Source of the DNA: Azolla caroliniana
Taxonomy: Eukaryota > Plantae > Polypodiophyta
Direction: 5' to 3'
NCBI GenBank assembly: GCA_043228905.1
Contig: JBHGNT010000002.1
Span: 28,339,210-28,403,209 of the forward strand
Length of the DNA: 64,000 nt
A program made the translations under genes and the position numbers. The notes below the pieces were generated by a model, which was given only the letters and a program-made list of their open reading frames with translations, did not search any database and had not been told where the DNA came from. Positions within the stretch are counted from its first letter, which is position 1. Every line of letters starts with the position of its first letter. Positions 26,061-39,298 of this stretch are shown here, piece by piece.

Positions 26061-27120
26061 GATTTGGAAAGCCCACAGTCATATCAAACAAGCTTTCGGA
26101 AGTTGTATTATGGCCATGAAAGTTAAGGTAGTACCTAGGGGTAGCTCCAATACACAACTACAATTGGAATTCCCTTTGAAATGAATAAATTTTGTAAACT
26201 ATGAACGAGGGAATATAAGTCCCATTATCCAATATACATTTCATCAATTCACATAAACTTAGTACACATTTACATAATTAATATCATTTATGGTTTGATT
26301 CAATGCCCAATCAAAAGTGCTTCTCCTAGCTATTGGAATCCAACTTTCCCAATGGACTAACATTTCCTCTTAAGACAAATTCAGGTCCTAGTTTTGGATG
26401 GACATAAATCTAGTAACCAGACAACTACATTAGACACCCAAAATGGGAAACCCTTGAAACTTCAATGACTTTTCTTATTATTAATGTGATGTATACATTG
26501 AACATTCAAAATATATCTCATGATATCTTCATGTTACTCGCAAATGTACTGTTTGTCCCTTCCTAAGAATAAGATCTATAATTCATGATTTTACCTTGTA
26601 CAACACTCAAAATCGTGGAAAAAAGGTATCGTTGCTTTTACTTCTATCTTAGACACGAATTTTTACATCTCTTTGATACTCTTTTGTTGGCATTGTAGCC
26701 ATATATAGGTATGCAATAAATTGATTTCAAATGTGCATTCCTAAACAAGCTTGATATGTGAGGTTTTCTTCATCTTTCAAGTTGGGCATGCATCTCAACA
26801 ATGAACTTCGTTGAAAAGCATCTTGGAAATATGGTCATTAATATTAGCTTCTAGGGTGTAACTTGGAGTACACAAAGACATGATGATCTTGATCTTTTTA
26901 CATCTTTAAGGCAATAGACTAATGCCCGATGATGTTAAATATCATATCCCTATTAGGTTTAACATCCAAGAAATAAATAGATAGATAGACAGATAGATTC
27001 TGTTATCGTCTTTGGAGGTCAAATATAACCTATGAGACCAAAAATATTACATTTCACGTAATACATGTGAAAGTGAGTAGCGAATCTCAATGTTCAAGAA
27101 CTTTACAAATGAATGTTGCA

Positions 27121-27506
27121 TTTTGTAATCTTGTTACTAGACACCAATACAATGAGTATTTTGTTTAATTTACACATAATGACCATGCTTCATAGATAGA
27201 GATCATTTTTTTCTCTTTTTAAGATTTTGGGGATTGAGTCATAGTTGGAATATTTACAATGCTTTCAAGTTGATTTGGCAGTTTTGCTAATTAGAGTGAG
27301 AGAGATGTGGTGGATTTTGTGATCTTGTTACTAGACACCAAGACAATGAGTATTTTGTTTAATTTACACCTAATGACCATGCTTCATAGATAGAGATCAT
27401 TTTTTTCTCTTTTTAAGATTTTGGGGATTTAGTCAAAGACTCATAGTTGGAATATTTACAATGCTTTCAAGTTTATGTATTTGGCAATTTTGCTAACTAG
27501 AGTGAG
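27121..27506. repeat. Tandem duplication, ~194-bp period
   Basis: ttttgt.atcttgttactagacaccaa...gagtga at 27121 and again at 27315. Confidence 0.85.
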
Positions 27507-27610
27507 TAAATGAGATTCTCTCTTTGGTGGACTATTCTTCCTATCTATTGGTGCCGACACTAAATTGTGTTCAAGTATCATTTTAGTTTCACGTGCAATT
27601 AATATACATA

Positions 27611-27612
<2 letters not shown>

Positions 27613-27684
<72 letters not shown>
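27613..27684. repeat. (TG)n(AG)n microsatellite
   Basis: Directly visible. Confidence 0.95.
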
Positions 27685-27952
27685 CAATGACTTTTACAAA
27701 CACCTTCATGGTTGCAAATCATTAAAATGTTAATTTTATTAGAACTTAGAACACTATAGTATTACATAGAAAATTGTCTAAAAGGTATCAAATTATCAAT
27801 AATAAATTGTCGTTGAAAATTAAACATATTGTGCGTGTCCCAATATTTAAGTCATCATGAGAAGTTAGAATACAACCAATTTTTTATCTTTCAAGTGATT
27901 TATTGAAGCGAATACACTCTATTGTTGCATACATAGGGAGGTCAAGTGTGTG

Positions 27953-28056
27953 TGTGCCCATACATATATAACACATAATAGTAGCATCACATTTTAAAGG
28001 TATGTAAATAATTGTGCCCATACATATATAATACATAATAGTAGCATCACATTTTA
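27953..28056. repeat. Tandem duplication, 60-bp period
   Basis: tgtgcccatacatatataa.acataatagtagcatcacatttta twice. Confidence 0.8.
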
Positions 28057-30953
28057 CGGGTAAATAATCTCCCAATGCCTTGAACTAATTTATAGGATGT
28101 GACAGTATCTAGCTTTGATTGAGATCCATTTCATTCAAGTAGAATGTGCACGCAATAAAAATCTAAGAAAGTTTAAACTCTTATCCACATTCATGACTTC
28201 GTCATGTCTACAAATGCACATGTTATAATGATTTTGTAATCTTAGATACGTGTAGTTAATTTCTCTTGAATTAGATGGAAACAAGGATTGTCTCATGTGC
28301 CATTTGAGAGAAAGACTTGTACAAAGTAGCACATGTTGGCTTGTGAGGGAGACAATAATTCATTTGCTCGATACACTATTACTCATAATGATAAATCTAG
28401 AAATTGATATTAACGCAAATTATTTTACAATATTTTCAAAGATATGTGTCTCAAGCAACACCACCAAAAATAATAGAAGAATTGTGCTTTTCATATACTA
28501 GACAATAACGCATGTACGTAGCTCTAGAATAGAATGCATGTGCATATGTACTTAAGGAATGTCGTGAGATCCAGGTTGTGAATATCATTACCTTATAACT
28601 CTCCTAGATCTAGATTTTACAATGTCTCAAGGACACATCTAGATTTTACAATGTTTGAAGGACACCTTTATTCGTTCAAAGGTGCTTGCAAAGATGTAGA
28701 TTAGTGGTTCGAGAATTAGAAGATGAGAAAGTTTTGAAACTTGATTATGATTGCGGGTGACACAATTGTGATTGATGTGATCGACTGTAAGCAAAGGATC
28801 ATGATTGAGAATCTACTTATATGTACGTAACATCTAATACTTGTGTGAGAGTTGGTTTGGTAGATTTTACTCCCTTTAAGAAGTTTTGGTTAGGGAACCC
28901 TTTTCATTTTGTAGATTGTACACATTATTTAGAGAGGGCAAGGTCTCAAGTGAACATCAACCATTACACATTAAACATTTCTTGTTTATTGAAGCCCAAT
29001 TCAACCACAAAGATGAAATGAGGTATTTTGAGAGGCCACAATTGTGTATCCTCCTCAAATTAAATGGTGAGGCAATTTGAACGTGTACAACTGAAGATTC
29101 GACTATTGATAAATATGGAAGTTTAAACTATTTTATTTCTAACTAATATCTCAGAATATTCTTCGTTAAATATTAAACTAATGAAATATACTCAACTACT
29201 TGGCGTCATGTGTATGGGGGTAAACAAATGTCTATGAGTCCCCTATAGAACAAATTTCCAAATGTTGATCCACTTGGATTGTTAGCAACCTTAAGAAATG
29301 TATATGGATAATGGTCCCATAATTATCACATTTGTTAGTTCTTCTTCATTGGAATTGCACTCAAACAATGGCATTCGTGGTTAAAGAAGGATATAATCAT
29401 TTCAAATACCTTGGGATGCAATTGCTTGGGCCGTGAAAACATAAGGTTGTTATCAAAAGAAATTTGGAGGGTGGGGCCATGAGGGCCTCACATTTGTGGA
29501 ATGTTTTTGTCTCAAATGCAATTAATGTCTAACTAAGAAGAAGGATTGTATATCATTTTCATATACACTAAAGAGATTAGTGAAGGTTTTAATTGTACTA
29601 TACCGTTTAGATATTCAAAAGCAATATATCTTAGAGATTATTTAGTGGCAAATGATGAATCTTGCTTCTAAAGCATCTCAATACAAAATATAGCTTGGAG
29701 AAAAATAACAATGAAGTTAAGTTTTTGCATATTAACCAACATTTTCCAAAGGGTTTGGGACATATCATGGATCCCAACCAAACCATTCAGTGGTAAGCTT
29801 TGCCACCTTGATTTCTAATAGAGTCATAACATTGATATCAAATGTGACCTTGACCTTAAGAACCTTCTCCATATTTGGAGGGTGTTATTCGACATAATGA
29901 ATTACACTCTTGATTATTGCATACTTTCTCATCTTTGTAATACATCATCTCACAATTTAAGGGCTTTACCATAGTCAAACAACCTCAAAGCATCAACTTA
30001 ATTAAGTGAGAATTGAATATGTAAAATGATGCAATAAAGTCTATCACTTTATCACCACCAGAATTAACAACTTAATGTATTTTAAAATAACATGAACATA
30101 TCTAAGGAGTTTAATATCATAGTTAAAGGGTGAATGCAAGTCGATTCACATATATATGACCATAGTTAGCAACATAAAAATATTTGAGGCGTTTAATGTT
30201 AAGAGTATAGTGCTATGAACATAGTTGATGAGAACGATTACTTATCAATCTAGTTAATGGCAATAGTGCAACAATTACTTAAGTCGATTATGTGAAATGA
30301 ATAGGAAGATTTCGTTCAATGCACCACTTGCATTGTTGTTTTTTTCCCAAAAAAACACTACTTCGCATTAGTTAGCAAATCACTTGCATTGTTAATGAAA
30401 ACCCCAACCAAATTGGGAATGGCTAGACTAGAAACATTTGTGTAAAGGAACAAAATCTAACAACAAATATACATTTTTTTCTCATTATTTCCTATTAATT
30501 CATGCATGAAATGGGAACTTCAACCATTACCCAAAGAACAATATCCTTGTACCTAGTGAGAATCAAATGCATCAAAAGAATCATCACATGCATGTATATT
30601 TTGGAATGTCAAATATATTGCCATAAGTACCTTGAGCCTTGTTGCCATATCCATCAAAAGCGAATGGATCACCAAAGTTTATTGCAAGAGTGCATGGTCT
30701 TTGTTGCTCAAGGTATTTGAACTGTATAGGAACACAAAAAAAGCCAATACTAGCCAAATGCATTCAATTATATGGAGGTCATTTTAGTGTGTCATAAATG
30801 CATGCAATGTTGGCATATACATATTTATATTAATATATATATATATAGGCAACTTGAACCTCTATAAAAAATACAATGAAAGTTAAGTAAGCTTGAACTC
30901 AAAACCTATACCTAACAAAGATAAACATGCCTAGAAGAATTTACAAGTTAGAG

Positions 30954-31003
<50 letters not shown>
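30954..31003. repeat. (CT)n(CA)n microsatellite
   Basis: Directly visible. Confidence 0.95.
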
Positions 31004-31005
<2 letters not shown>

Positions 31006-34000
31006 ATTAATAAGCAACGTTAGGCATGACACGGGGGTTTGGAACTATAAGAAAGCATATACAATTAAAATATAATGAGAATTCACATTATTTATTTATG
31101 ATCTCAATAATACTTATTTGAATGATTACAAAAGCGATCCAAAATTTGTTATGTATACAATTGTAATTTGTAACTATATTTGTGCAAGTAAGTATGTATG
31201 GGTGCATATGATCTTCATTAGTTGATTAGTACAACACTTGTGCGCATCCCAAGCCTGCCCAATAGATTATTGTCAATGATTATCTATATGATTAATTCCA
31301 TAAAAATGAAGCACTCAAACTAAGTATTATTATAATATTGTAGAATGTGCTCCAAATATTAATAACAAAACACATATTTATGATGAAAGAGTATGTATGC
31401 ACTAGACAGGCTTGAGTTGTGCACAAGTTTTGGGCTCACCAACACCTTGCAACCAATACTTGAGTTAACAAGGTATCAACTTCTATCAACTTATATAAGA
31501 GATCAAACTTAGAGAGAAAACTTAGAGAGAGAGAGAGTAGAGATTATTTTCCACAAACCACCATCACTTGGAATCATCTATCATCATTGTTCATCATCAA
31601 CAACTTCCAACATCATTTGTCATGTATGACCATCAACATCACCCATCATCATCATAAATGCATGCATGCATCGACCATGACCCAAACATAGACCCAAAGG
31701 ACGTGAAAAGGACAAGGAAGCCAACCCTTTCAACATAACCCTACACATCATGTATATAAAAATGAGTTTTAAGACAGCCCATCACTTTATATTTCTTATT
31801 TTATTTTATATTTTATATTTTATCAATTTTTAGTCAGATTGGTTTTTGGAAGTTCAGCGCTATAGGTAGTAAAACTTGGACCCCATGCCATTGCCCATAC
31901 TTTCATACAACCTTGGGATTCACAAAAGAGAAAATGAAATAAAAACCAACCTTTTACTTACCGTTTGCCATTTGTGGTGAAACTTTAAGCCTCCACATTT
32001 CCTTTTGCTTTTCATAAAACTTGCAAAGCCAGCACTCCCCCCTCCTCTATAGCCTGCCTACCTATGGGTAGAAAGGCAAAAAGTAGATTGATTCTATTTG
32101 CCTCTTCATATCATGGTCAAATTAGAATACTTTGAATGCTTAACACTTTGGATTCTATGGGGATACTTCCAAATAACTTTGCTAGCTAGTCTTCTAAGTG
32201 GATATTTGTTTATTTTCCCATAATTCGCTTTAGACATCTTGACAACCATGTGAATGCAAGAGACATTGCAAGTCGGGTGGCCAACCGCATAAAGGATATC
32301 CTTGCAATAATCACTTGATCTATCTCCAACAATATTTTAACACTCATGGTTCAAGTTGTGTACACTCAATTTTCATTAATGATCTTGTTATTGCTCTTGT
32401 AGAAAGGCCATCTAATAAATTTGGATGAATTTCTTGCTCAATTGTAAGTAAATTGAACTCACTTTATCATCATAAATATTTTCACATAAATCAAAGTAAC
32501 ATGTTTTCTCTAAACTATTCTCTTTTTATTGGTCATACTAGAAAATGAGTAAAGTAAAATCTAGACGATATGCACATGAATACTTTGTTTTTGGGTTTTA
32601 AATGCATCATTTTATTTTTAGGGCTAATTGCATGAACACAGTCCGGTGTAAGAAACAAATATGTCAACATATTTATTATAGAGTTAAAATGTACGTAAAT
32701 GGTCATTATGAATAAAGTTCGCAATTTAGAATTACTCAATACATACAATTTAAGCTTCTATAATATCTTCAATTATTATCAAGTATGAAGAAGATCTTAG
32801 TCTAATCTCATGTTAGGACATTTTAATAATTTAAAGTAATATTTGGAACTCGGTAATATCGACAAAGCATATTCTGACTACCTTTCATTCTATGGAATAA
32901 TTGTTACCTTCACATAAGTATATATAGAAGAACCAAGACCTAGAATTTGTGAGATTTTGCTTTTACCTTTCAACTTTTTAAATAGAATTATATGGAGAAT
33001 GTGAGTGGGATTCATGATTCAACAAATTTGTGTAGTAAAAATGTTGACTTTTGAAGTATATTAGTCCATATTTTTGTCACAAAAAGTTGAAAGCTTTTAT
33101 CGTTAACAACGAAAGTTTGTTTTTTGAATGGGTACTTGCATATGCATATCACAACATTGTTATTTTGGCCAAATAATTTGTTTTACACTAGATGTGTATA
33201 TGCATATGAGAAAGATGGTAGACTTGTATCAACAAAATAATGGAAGGTTACCATGATGAGATCCATGAGTCCACTCCCCATCAAACAATCAAAACATCTA
33301 TTGTGGAAGTTGGTGATAGCAACAAATGGCATCAATTCACAAGGTTCCATCATCTCTCACTCTACCCATAATCAATATTGGTTCTCGCCCACTTTTACAA
33401 TGCAGTTTTGTCTGATGTTATAATTGGCCATGTATGAAGTGTTCGTTGTGTTAGCCTCATCTACTCAATGATTGGGTCTACTACAATTCAAGGCATTCAT
33501 GGCCTACATTCATTGCCATATGTATACTTGCAACATTTTGGGAGTGAAATTGTGATTGAAATTGGAAGCCAAACCCTTTCCTTTAGCTCTAGCGATCCCA
33601 AAAAACATTGACAACTGAAATGCACTAGTTATTGGCATTGACAACACCAGGTTTGTGAATAAGGGTTAAGTTTAACCATTCCTTTGATCACATGTGGGGC
33701 CGTACTTAGTCTTAGGAAATCTAGAACCTAACATTCTACTATGGATCGATATGTGTTTGAGATGGTGATTTGGCATTCTCGTGTCTTGGGAATCTACAAG
33801 AAGGGTGTGAAAGATGCAAGTAGAACCACAAGAACCTGAATCTAGGAAGATGGAATTGAAAACTTTGCCGATGAAGGTTTGTGGGAGTTGGACAGGTGTG
33901 TCTACGCATGCAAGTGCTTATGATGATCTTTTGCCTTCAGTTCATACTACATAATATGCGTGTTTAATTAACGAAGTGTGTGTGCATTTGCATTCTTGCA

Positions 34001-36475
34001 TGTGCTTGTAGATATGTCTAAGTGTGACTGCACATGCAAATGTATACATATAATGTGGATGTGTTTTTTTGTTGGTATGAGGTCTCAAGAGCACATTTTT
34101 GTGAACATGTGTATGTGTATGTTGTGCATGAAGTGAATTGTGGGGTGACACTTGATTCCATGTGGCTTACATGAAAAGAGATATTTGCAAGTTCCACGAA
34201 TCATTGGATAAGCATATTCTTCTCAAAGAGAGCCTTATTGGATACTTTTCTCCAGTTAAACCATTGCAGAAGCTGAAGAGCTTGTTAGGCGTACATGAGA
34301 CTACATCTATGCACATTTCGTTGTCGTGTTGCCAATGGTACGCAGTAGAAACCACCTCCAAAGCGAGTAATTTATCTAGTTAAAAAATGTTATTTTCAAA
34401 TAAACACAGAGTGAATTTCGAACTCAATACCCTTCTTCCTTGAAGCAATGTAAATATCACTAGAATGAGGTTACTATTTTTTCACTTCTCCATTACTACC
34501 CACAAATAGAGGCCCAATTATTGCCAACACGTGTTGTGTGCACTTCACGACATCACGAGAAAACAAAAGCTTCACCAAAAAGTCATGCCAAATTGGCCTA
34601 CATGTCATGCCTATTGAATCAACTTGTCAATGATTGAGGAATTTCGCCGTTCCTCTTCTCCTTTGAAGATTCTTCCCTAAAAGAAGTTAACATTTGATAT
34701 TAACTAGCAAGAAAACCAAACATGTAAATATAAACATATACAAAGAGAATATTAACAAAAATAAACACAATGAAATTACAATAGTTTGGCAATATGATTC
34801 AAATTATTTGGATTGCATAGTTTGGAAATCCATTTTGCAAGTATGGAAAGATTAAAAGAAAGAAGACATAAGATCATTAGAGTGTCAAGGGGTATCTTGA
34901 GTTTGGACATGGCAAATCCATTATTGATAACTAAGTTGGCTTGGTCATCTTAGGCCTCCCACTCACTACCCCAATATTTCATCTAATGATTAAGCTGGAC
35001 AATAAAAAATTTCTAATTCTAATTCTTGAGTGTTCAAATCCTAAAAGTTCCAAAACTCAAAAGTTTAACAATGACCTCTTTTGCTCATTATATATAAATT
35101 TGGACCTCTCTTGCCGGACGAAAATAGTATCTTGTCTCTTTTAACATTCATCATTGGTTCTTCTTCTAAAAATGCAAGTCTTGGTCTCATCCTTTATGGG
35201 CTCTTGGTTTTGGCAAAATGTTCGTTGTTGTGTTTGCAACACTTTCTTGTCCTCGTTTATGCATTATATAGAACACTTTTCTCCGTTCACACACATACAC
35301 ACACAAACATCATGACACCAATGCTACAAACTCCGATTTTGATGTACATATATAATAAAGGGTTGTACGTTGGTGCCGAACCCCGGTTGATAGGTCCCGT
35401 TAGTAAGCATTGGGCTTGAGGATGTTGAGATTCAATAAGCATCATGTTGTATTGACAATAGTTCCTTGAGTGAAGGCTAAAGTTACAAATGACACATTGG
35501 ACTTGTTGCATATCACACTCTCTAGAGTGAGGGCCTAATGTCAAGGCATAGTTTGAGGTGACGGAGGGGTGGGAGATGCCAAAGGTTTGCAGAGCTTGTA
35601 TTGATCATATAAATATCACTTTATTTTGGAATGAGCGTCATTGTTTACCTCACGATGAAATGAACAAAGTTTGGAAAGATGTTTGAGGCACACATCACTA
35701 ATGTAGCAATGCCTGGTTTCAATTATGTTTAAGTGGTGGTTTTTAGAAAGAAAACCCACCCCTAAGGTAGTGTGTTGTTAGTCATGTATATTTTTTAAAA
35801 TAGAGAGGGAATGTGGAAAGATGCTCTTTCATCAAACATGGAAATTGCCAAATATCATATATCAAATAATTGTATTGATTAAAGTTATATCTCTTATTTT
35901 TGAATGAACATGTCTTTGAGAGAGCATAGTGAAATTTATAAACATGTCTCTAAGAAGGGTTTTGTTGATATCTAGAGTGAATGGAGCATCAAAGATTTAA
36001 CTAACACATGTTATGTATTCTAATGTTACATGGTTTTGGACTAACTTATACCTAGAGGCGAGGATAGTTTCACAAGAACATAAAGGTTGACACATTGTTT
36101 CCTTGGGGTTATCAATCGATCCACTAAACGTCTTTATTTTGTGCGTGTGCAAAATGTGTTGTATTGATGTTGTGATGACTATGTGATACACAAAAACTTA
36201 AGGGTGAAATATTGGATCAAACACATTTACAACAAACAATTTGGAATGTTAATTGTAGGTTAATGTAAGCCGATAAATAACACACCAAAAGGATATTCAA
36301 TTATGAAAAACACATTGGCCAAGCAATTTTCCTACAAAGTAGTTGCAATTATGAGACATATGCCACAACATTGTTAACTAAATTGAGTTTCTAAGTTTTA
36401 TAAAGAGATATGCATTGTTTACGAATGGAGCCTAGTACAAGATTAGACTAGCTTAAATATGGCTACAACATTAGA

Positions 36476-37180
36476 TCAATCAAATTGTTGATGTGGTGGA
36501 TCAATACAACCCCAATAATTATATGGTGGCGAATTAGGGGGGGAAGGGATGATGTGGTTTATTTCTCCGGATGTGAGGATGGTAGATTCTAGATTGACCA
36601 TCATTCGATTGAAGATGGTGATGAAGAAATCAAAAACTTCTTGTTGTGAACGATGGGGAACTGGGTCAATCTCAAACCTCCAAGAGACAATAGAGGAGCA
36701 AGAGGCAATGGGGGCATCAACATTGGGTTGTCGGCAAGAGTATTTTTCCATGTCAGTGCAAGTGTCAATGTTAGCATGTTGAACAGATAGATGAGCGACA
36801 TAACCCTTAAAGCCGTAGCTGCTATCAAGCATAATGTAAGATAAGGAGCGATGGGAAGGAGAGAAGTCGAGGAGTTTCTCAAATACCCATCTCTCTGGGG
36901 AACCATCGGGTCGACGACCCCCACCCGCCACATATCGGATGCATCCAGGGACACCATCATGGCCCTCAACAATCTCGCACACTTCAACATTGGGGAGCCA
37001 TTGGTGAAGGCCCCCAAATGCCGAAATAGTAGCCCAAGCAGCATCAGGACTGCACCCTAGGGCGAGAACCCGGTCCAAGGACATGCTCCATTTTGTCACA
37101 TCACTACAGGATGAAGCAACATCAGAGACAACAAGGGTTATCGGGTGTGATGGGACCCCGCACATAGTGGAGCTACTCAT
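36476..37180 (-). CDS. SRPBCC/START-fold protein (polyketide cyclase/dehydrase, lachrymatory-factor-synthase-like), ~234 aa, intronless
   Basis: AWATISAFGGLHQWLP, VEGHDGVPGCIRY, WVFEKLL, RSLSY, VSWRFEIDP; first ATG at 37180; TATA-like tattataaaag on minus near 37310. Confidence 0.85.
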   Translation of the reverse strand: MSSSTMCGVPSHPITLVVSDVASSCSDVTKWSMSLDRVLALGCSPDAAWATISAFGGLHQWLPNVEVCEIVEGHDGVPGCIRYVAGGGRRPDGSPERWVFEKLLDFSPSHRSLSYIMLDSSYGFKGYVAHLSVQHANIDTCTDMEKYSCRQPNVDAPIASCSSIVSWRFEIDPVPHRSQQEVFDFFITIFNRMMVNLESTILTSGEINHIIPSPPNSPPYNYWGCIDPPHQQFD

Positions 37181-38733
37181 GATAGGTAGTCCAATCAAAA
37201 TGGATGCTTGGTTCCTATGGATAGATTTGATGAATGAAAGCAACACCCTAATTGTGCTAATGTATGCATATGTGTAATGGATGATGCATTCCTAGGACCT
37301 CATCTTTTATAATAAGAAGTCTTTGTCTAAGTCCCAAACAAAACAACTCTTTAAATATCATATATTGTTATTGTACTTACTTGGAGTGTATTTTAATATA
37401 GTACAAACTTGGAGCGTGGTTATTAAAATACACTTGGAAATTGAAGACACTGATAAACGTGAAATGGAATGCGTGCAATCGTGCTAAAATTTTATACATT
37501 ATTTAGTTAGGAAAACCACAACCTTATTTATGTACTAGTTGATTGATTTTAACATTTGTTATATGGAACTCAAAGAGTCTAAGAGAACAAAATTTGGAGA
37601 CTTTTCATTTTCGTTTTGGTTTTTTAATTCTTCTTTTTTGATAGTGCACCAAAAGTAAGGCCCACGTTCATATACATACATGTACAAATGAGAATAAATA
37701 AATATATAACAAAACAATAGTTGGAAAAAGGTAAAAAGGTGAATACCTTTCTTTGTCATGGTAGGAGGCCTAACAGAGGTGACACGGCATGTGGTTCTAC
37801 CGTTGAGCTTGGAAAACAAGGAGCTTCTAGATGCATTTGATCTTGAGGCTACCATAAACTTCTGATGGGTGATAAGGCATTACATCATCACCGATAAAAC
37901 CAATTGGTTAATGAAGCCGTAACTATTTAGGATACTATGTTGGATCAAAACACATTAAGGCATACATGTCTCAAAATGTTGCCAACTACCAATTGGACCA
38001 ATTGCTACCGCTTTGGCTTTCCATAATTTAATGTCCACCTTTGTGCTATGGGTCTTAGTAATAACTTAGAAAGTTATTAATGATGGACAATGCATAATAA
38101 TGATTGTGAGCACTGAGGTAGGTGTCAATGCCAATCAACTTCATTTATCCCTTACAAAAACAAGAGCAAACCCGAGGACCGCCCTACAATTAAGATGGTT
38201 CTTGAGGTGTTTTCTAAAGTCACCTTCCCTTTTCCTTGCACTATTGCACAAAAGACACCAACATCACCACAAATATTTGACCTCTTTTGAAGTTTTGGGG
38301 GACTTTGAAGTAGCTTTAGAGATACTTCAATGTTCAAGTCTCGAATCAAGAGAAATCAAACATTTCTTGAAAAAGTAAAAAAAAAACTCAAACAATGCAT
38401 TTGTACATGACGTGAACTTGTCTTTTCTGAATATAGTTTTCAAGATGTGACCCTTTAAAACCACGTGCATAAGTAGTTACAAAATGCATTGTACAACTAG
38501 CAACAGAGATGCAAATATGGTGTTCCATATAGGTTGCATGACATCTGGCCCACCATAGCCTCTATCATGCTGTGGAAGATTTGGAAATCCGGATGCAAAG
38601 TATGTCTCTCGAGAGAAGAAAGTCAACCAAAGGAGACAATCACTACTCTATTGTATAATCTGATAACAAATATTTGAGCTCAATATGAAGAATTAGAAGG
38701 CTCTTCAGACACGACGGAAGCTGCAATACTTTC

Positions 38734-39227
38734 TGTCATGATATAGAATGGTATAGCTTCAAAAGGATTCAAACCCATGACCTTGTGTCACATGGATCAA
38801 AGCCTTACCATTAAACTATACATTGTAATACAAAGAATATTATTTCCATTTATTATTTCACTAGGAAATCCATGTATATTCTAGATTTATCTGGAACATT
38901 CTAGAAATATCAAGAGTACTCCTAAGCACACTATAAAAAGAGGCACATGGCATTATTAAGAACCAATTTGGTTCAACGCCAATCTTAAGCCTCCTAACTA
39001 TTCTTGTATATTCTCTTCATATAATATAATATATCGTTTGTTATCATCAATCTCTCTCTCTCTTCCAAGAGTTCTACACCTTTTTCCCTCTTAGTACTAA
39101 TCCTCATCTCTAGTACTAATTCCCTCTCTGTCTTAGTACTATTCTTGACAATACATCTTTTCCCCTCTTAGTACTAATCCTCATCTCTAGTACTAATTCC
39201 CTCTTTGTCTTAGTACTATTCCTAACA
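38734..39227 (+). repeat. 5' LTR of chromovirus
   Basis: tgtcatga...cctaaca; TATAAAA at 38932. Confidence 0.93.
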
Positions 39228-39298
39228 ATTTGAACCGAATTTGTCATCCTCTTATTCCTCCTTTCCCGTCACACTAAATCCTCTTATCCTCTTACTAA

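Noticed and set aside
33250-33940. Possible LINE ORF1 remnant
   Set aside because: Only faint peptide resemblance with many stops; cannot be supported without a search.
36476-37180. PYR/PYL ABA receptor near the SLAC1-like gene, suggesting an ABA signalling cluster
   Set aside because: Same fold, but the SGLPA gate and HRL latch motifs are absent; it resembles LFS-like SRPBCC proteins and lies 16 kb away.
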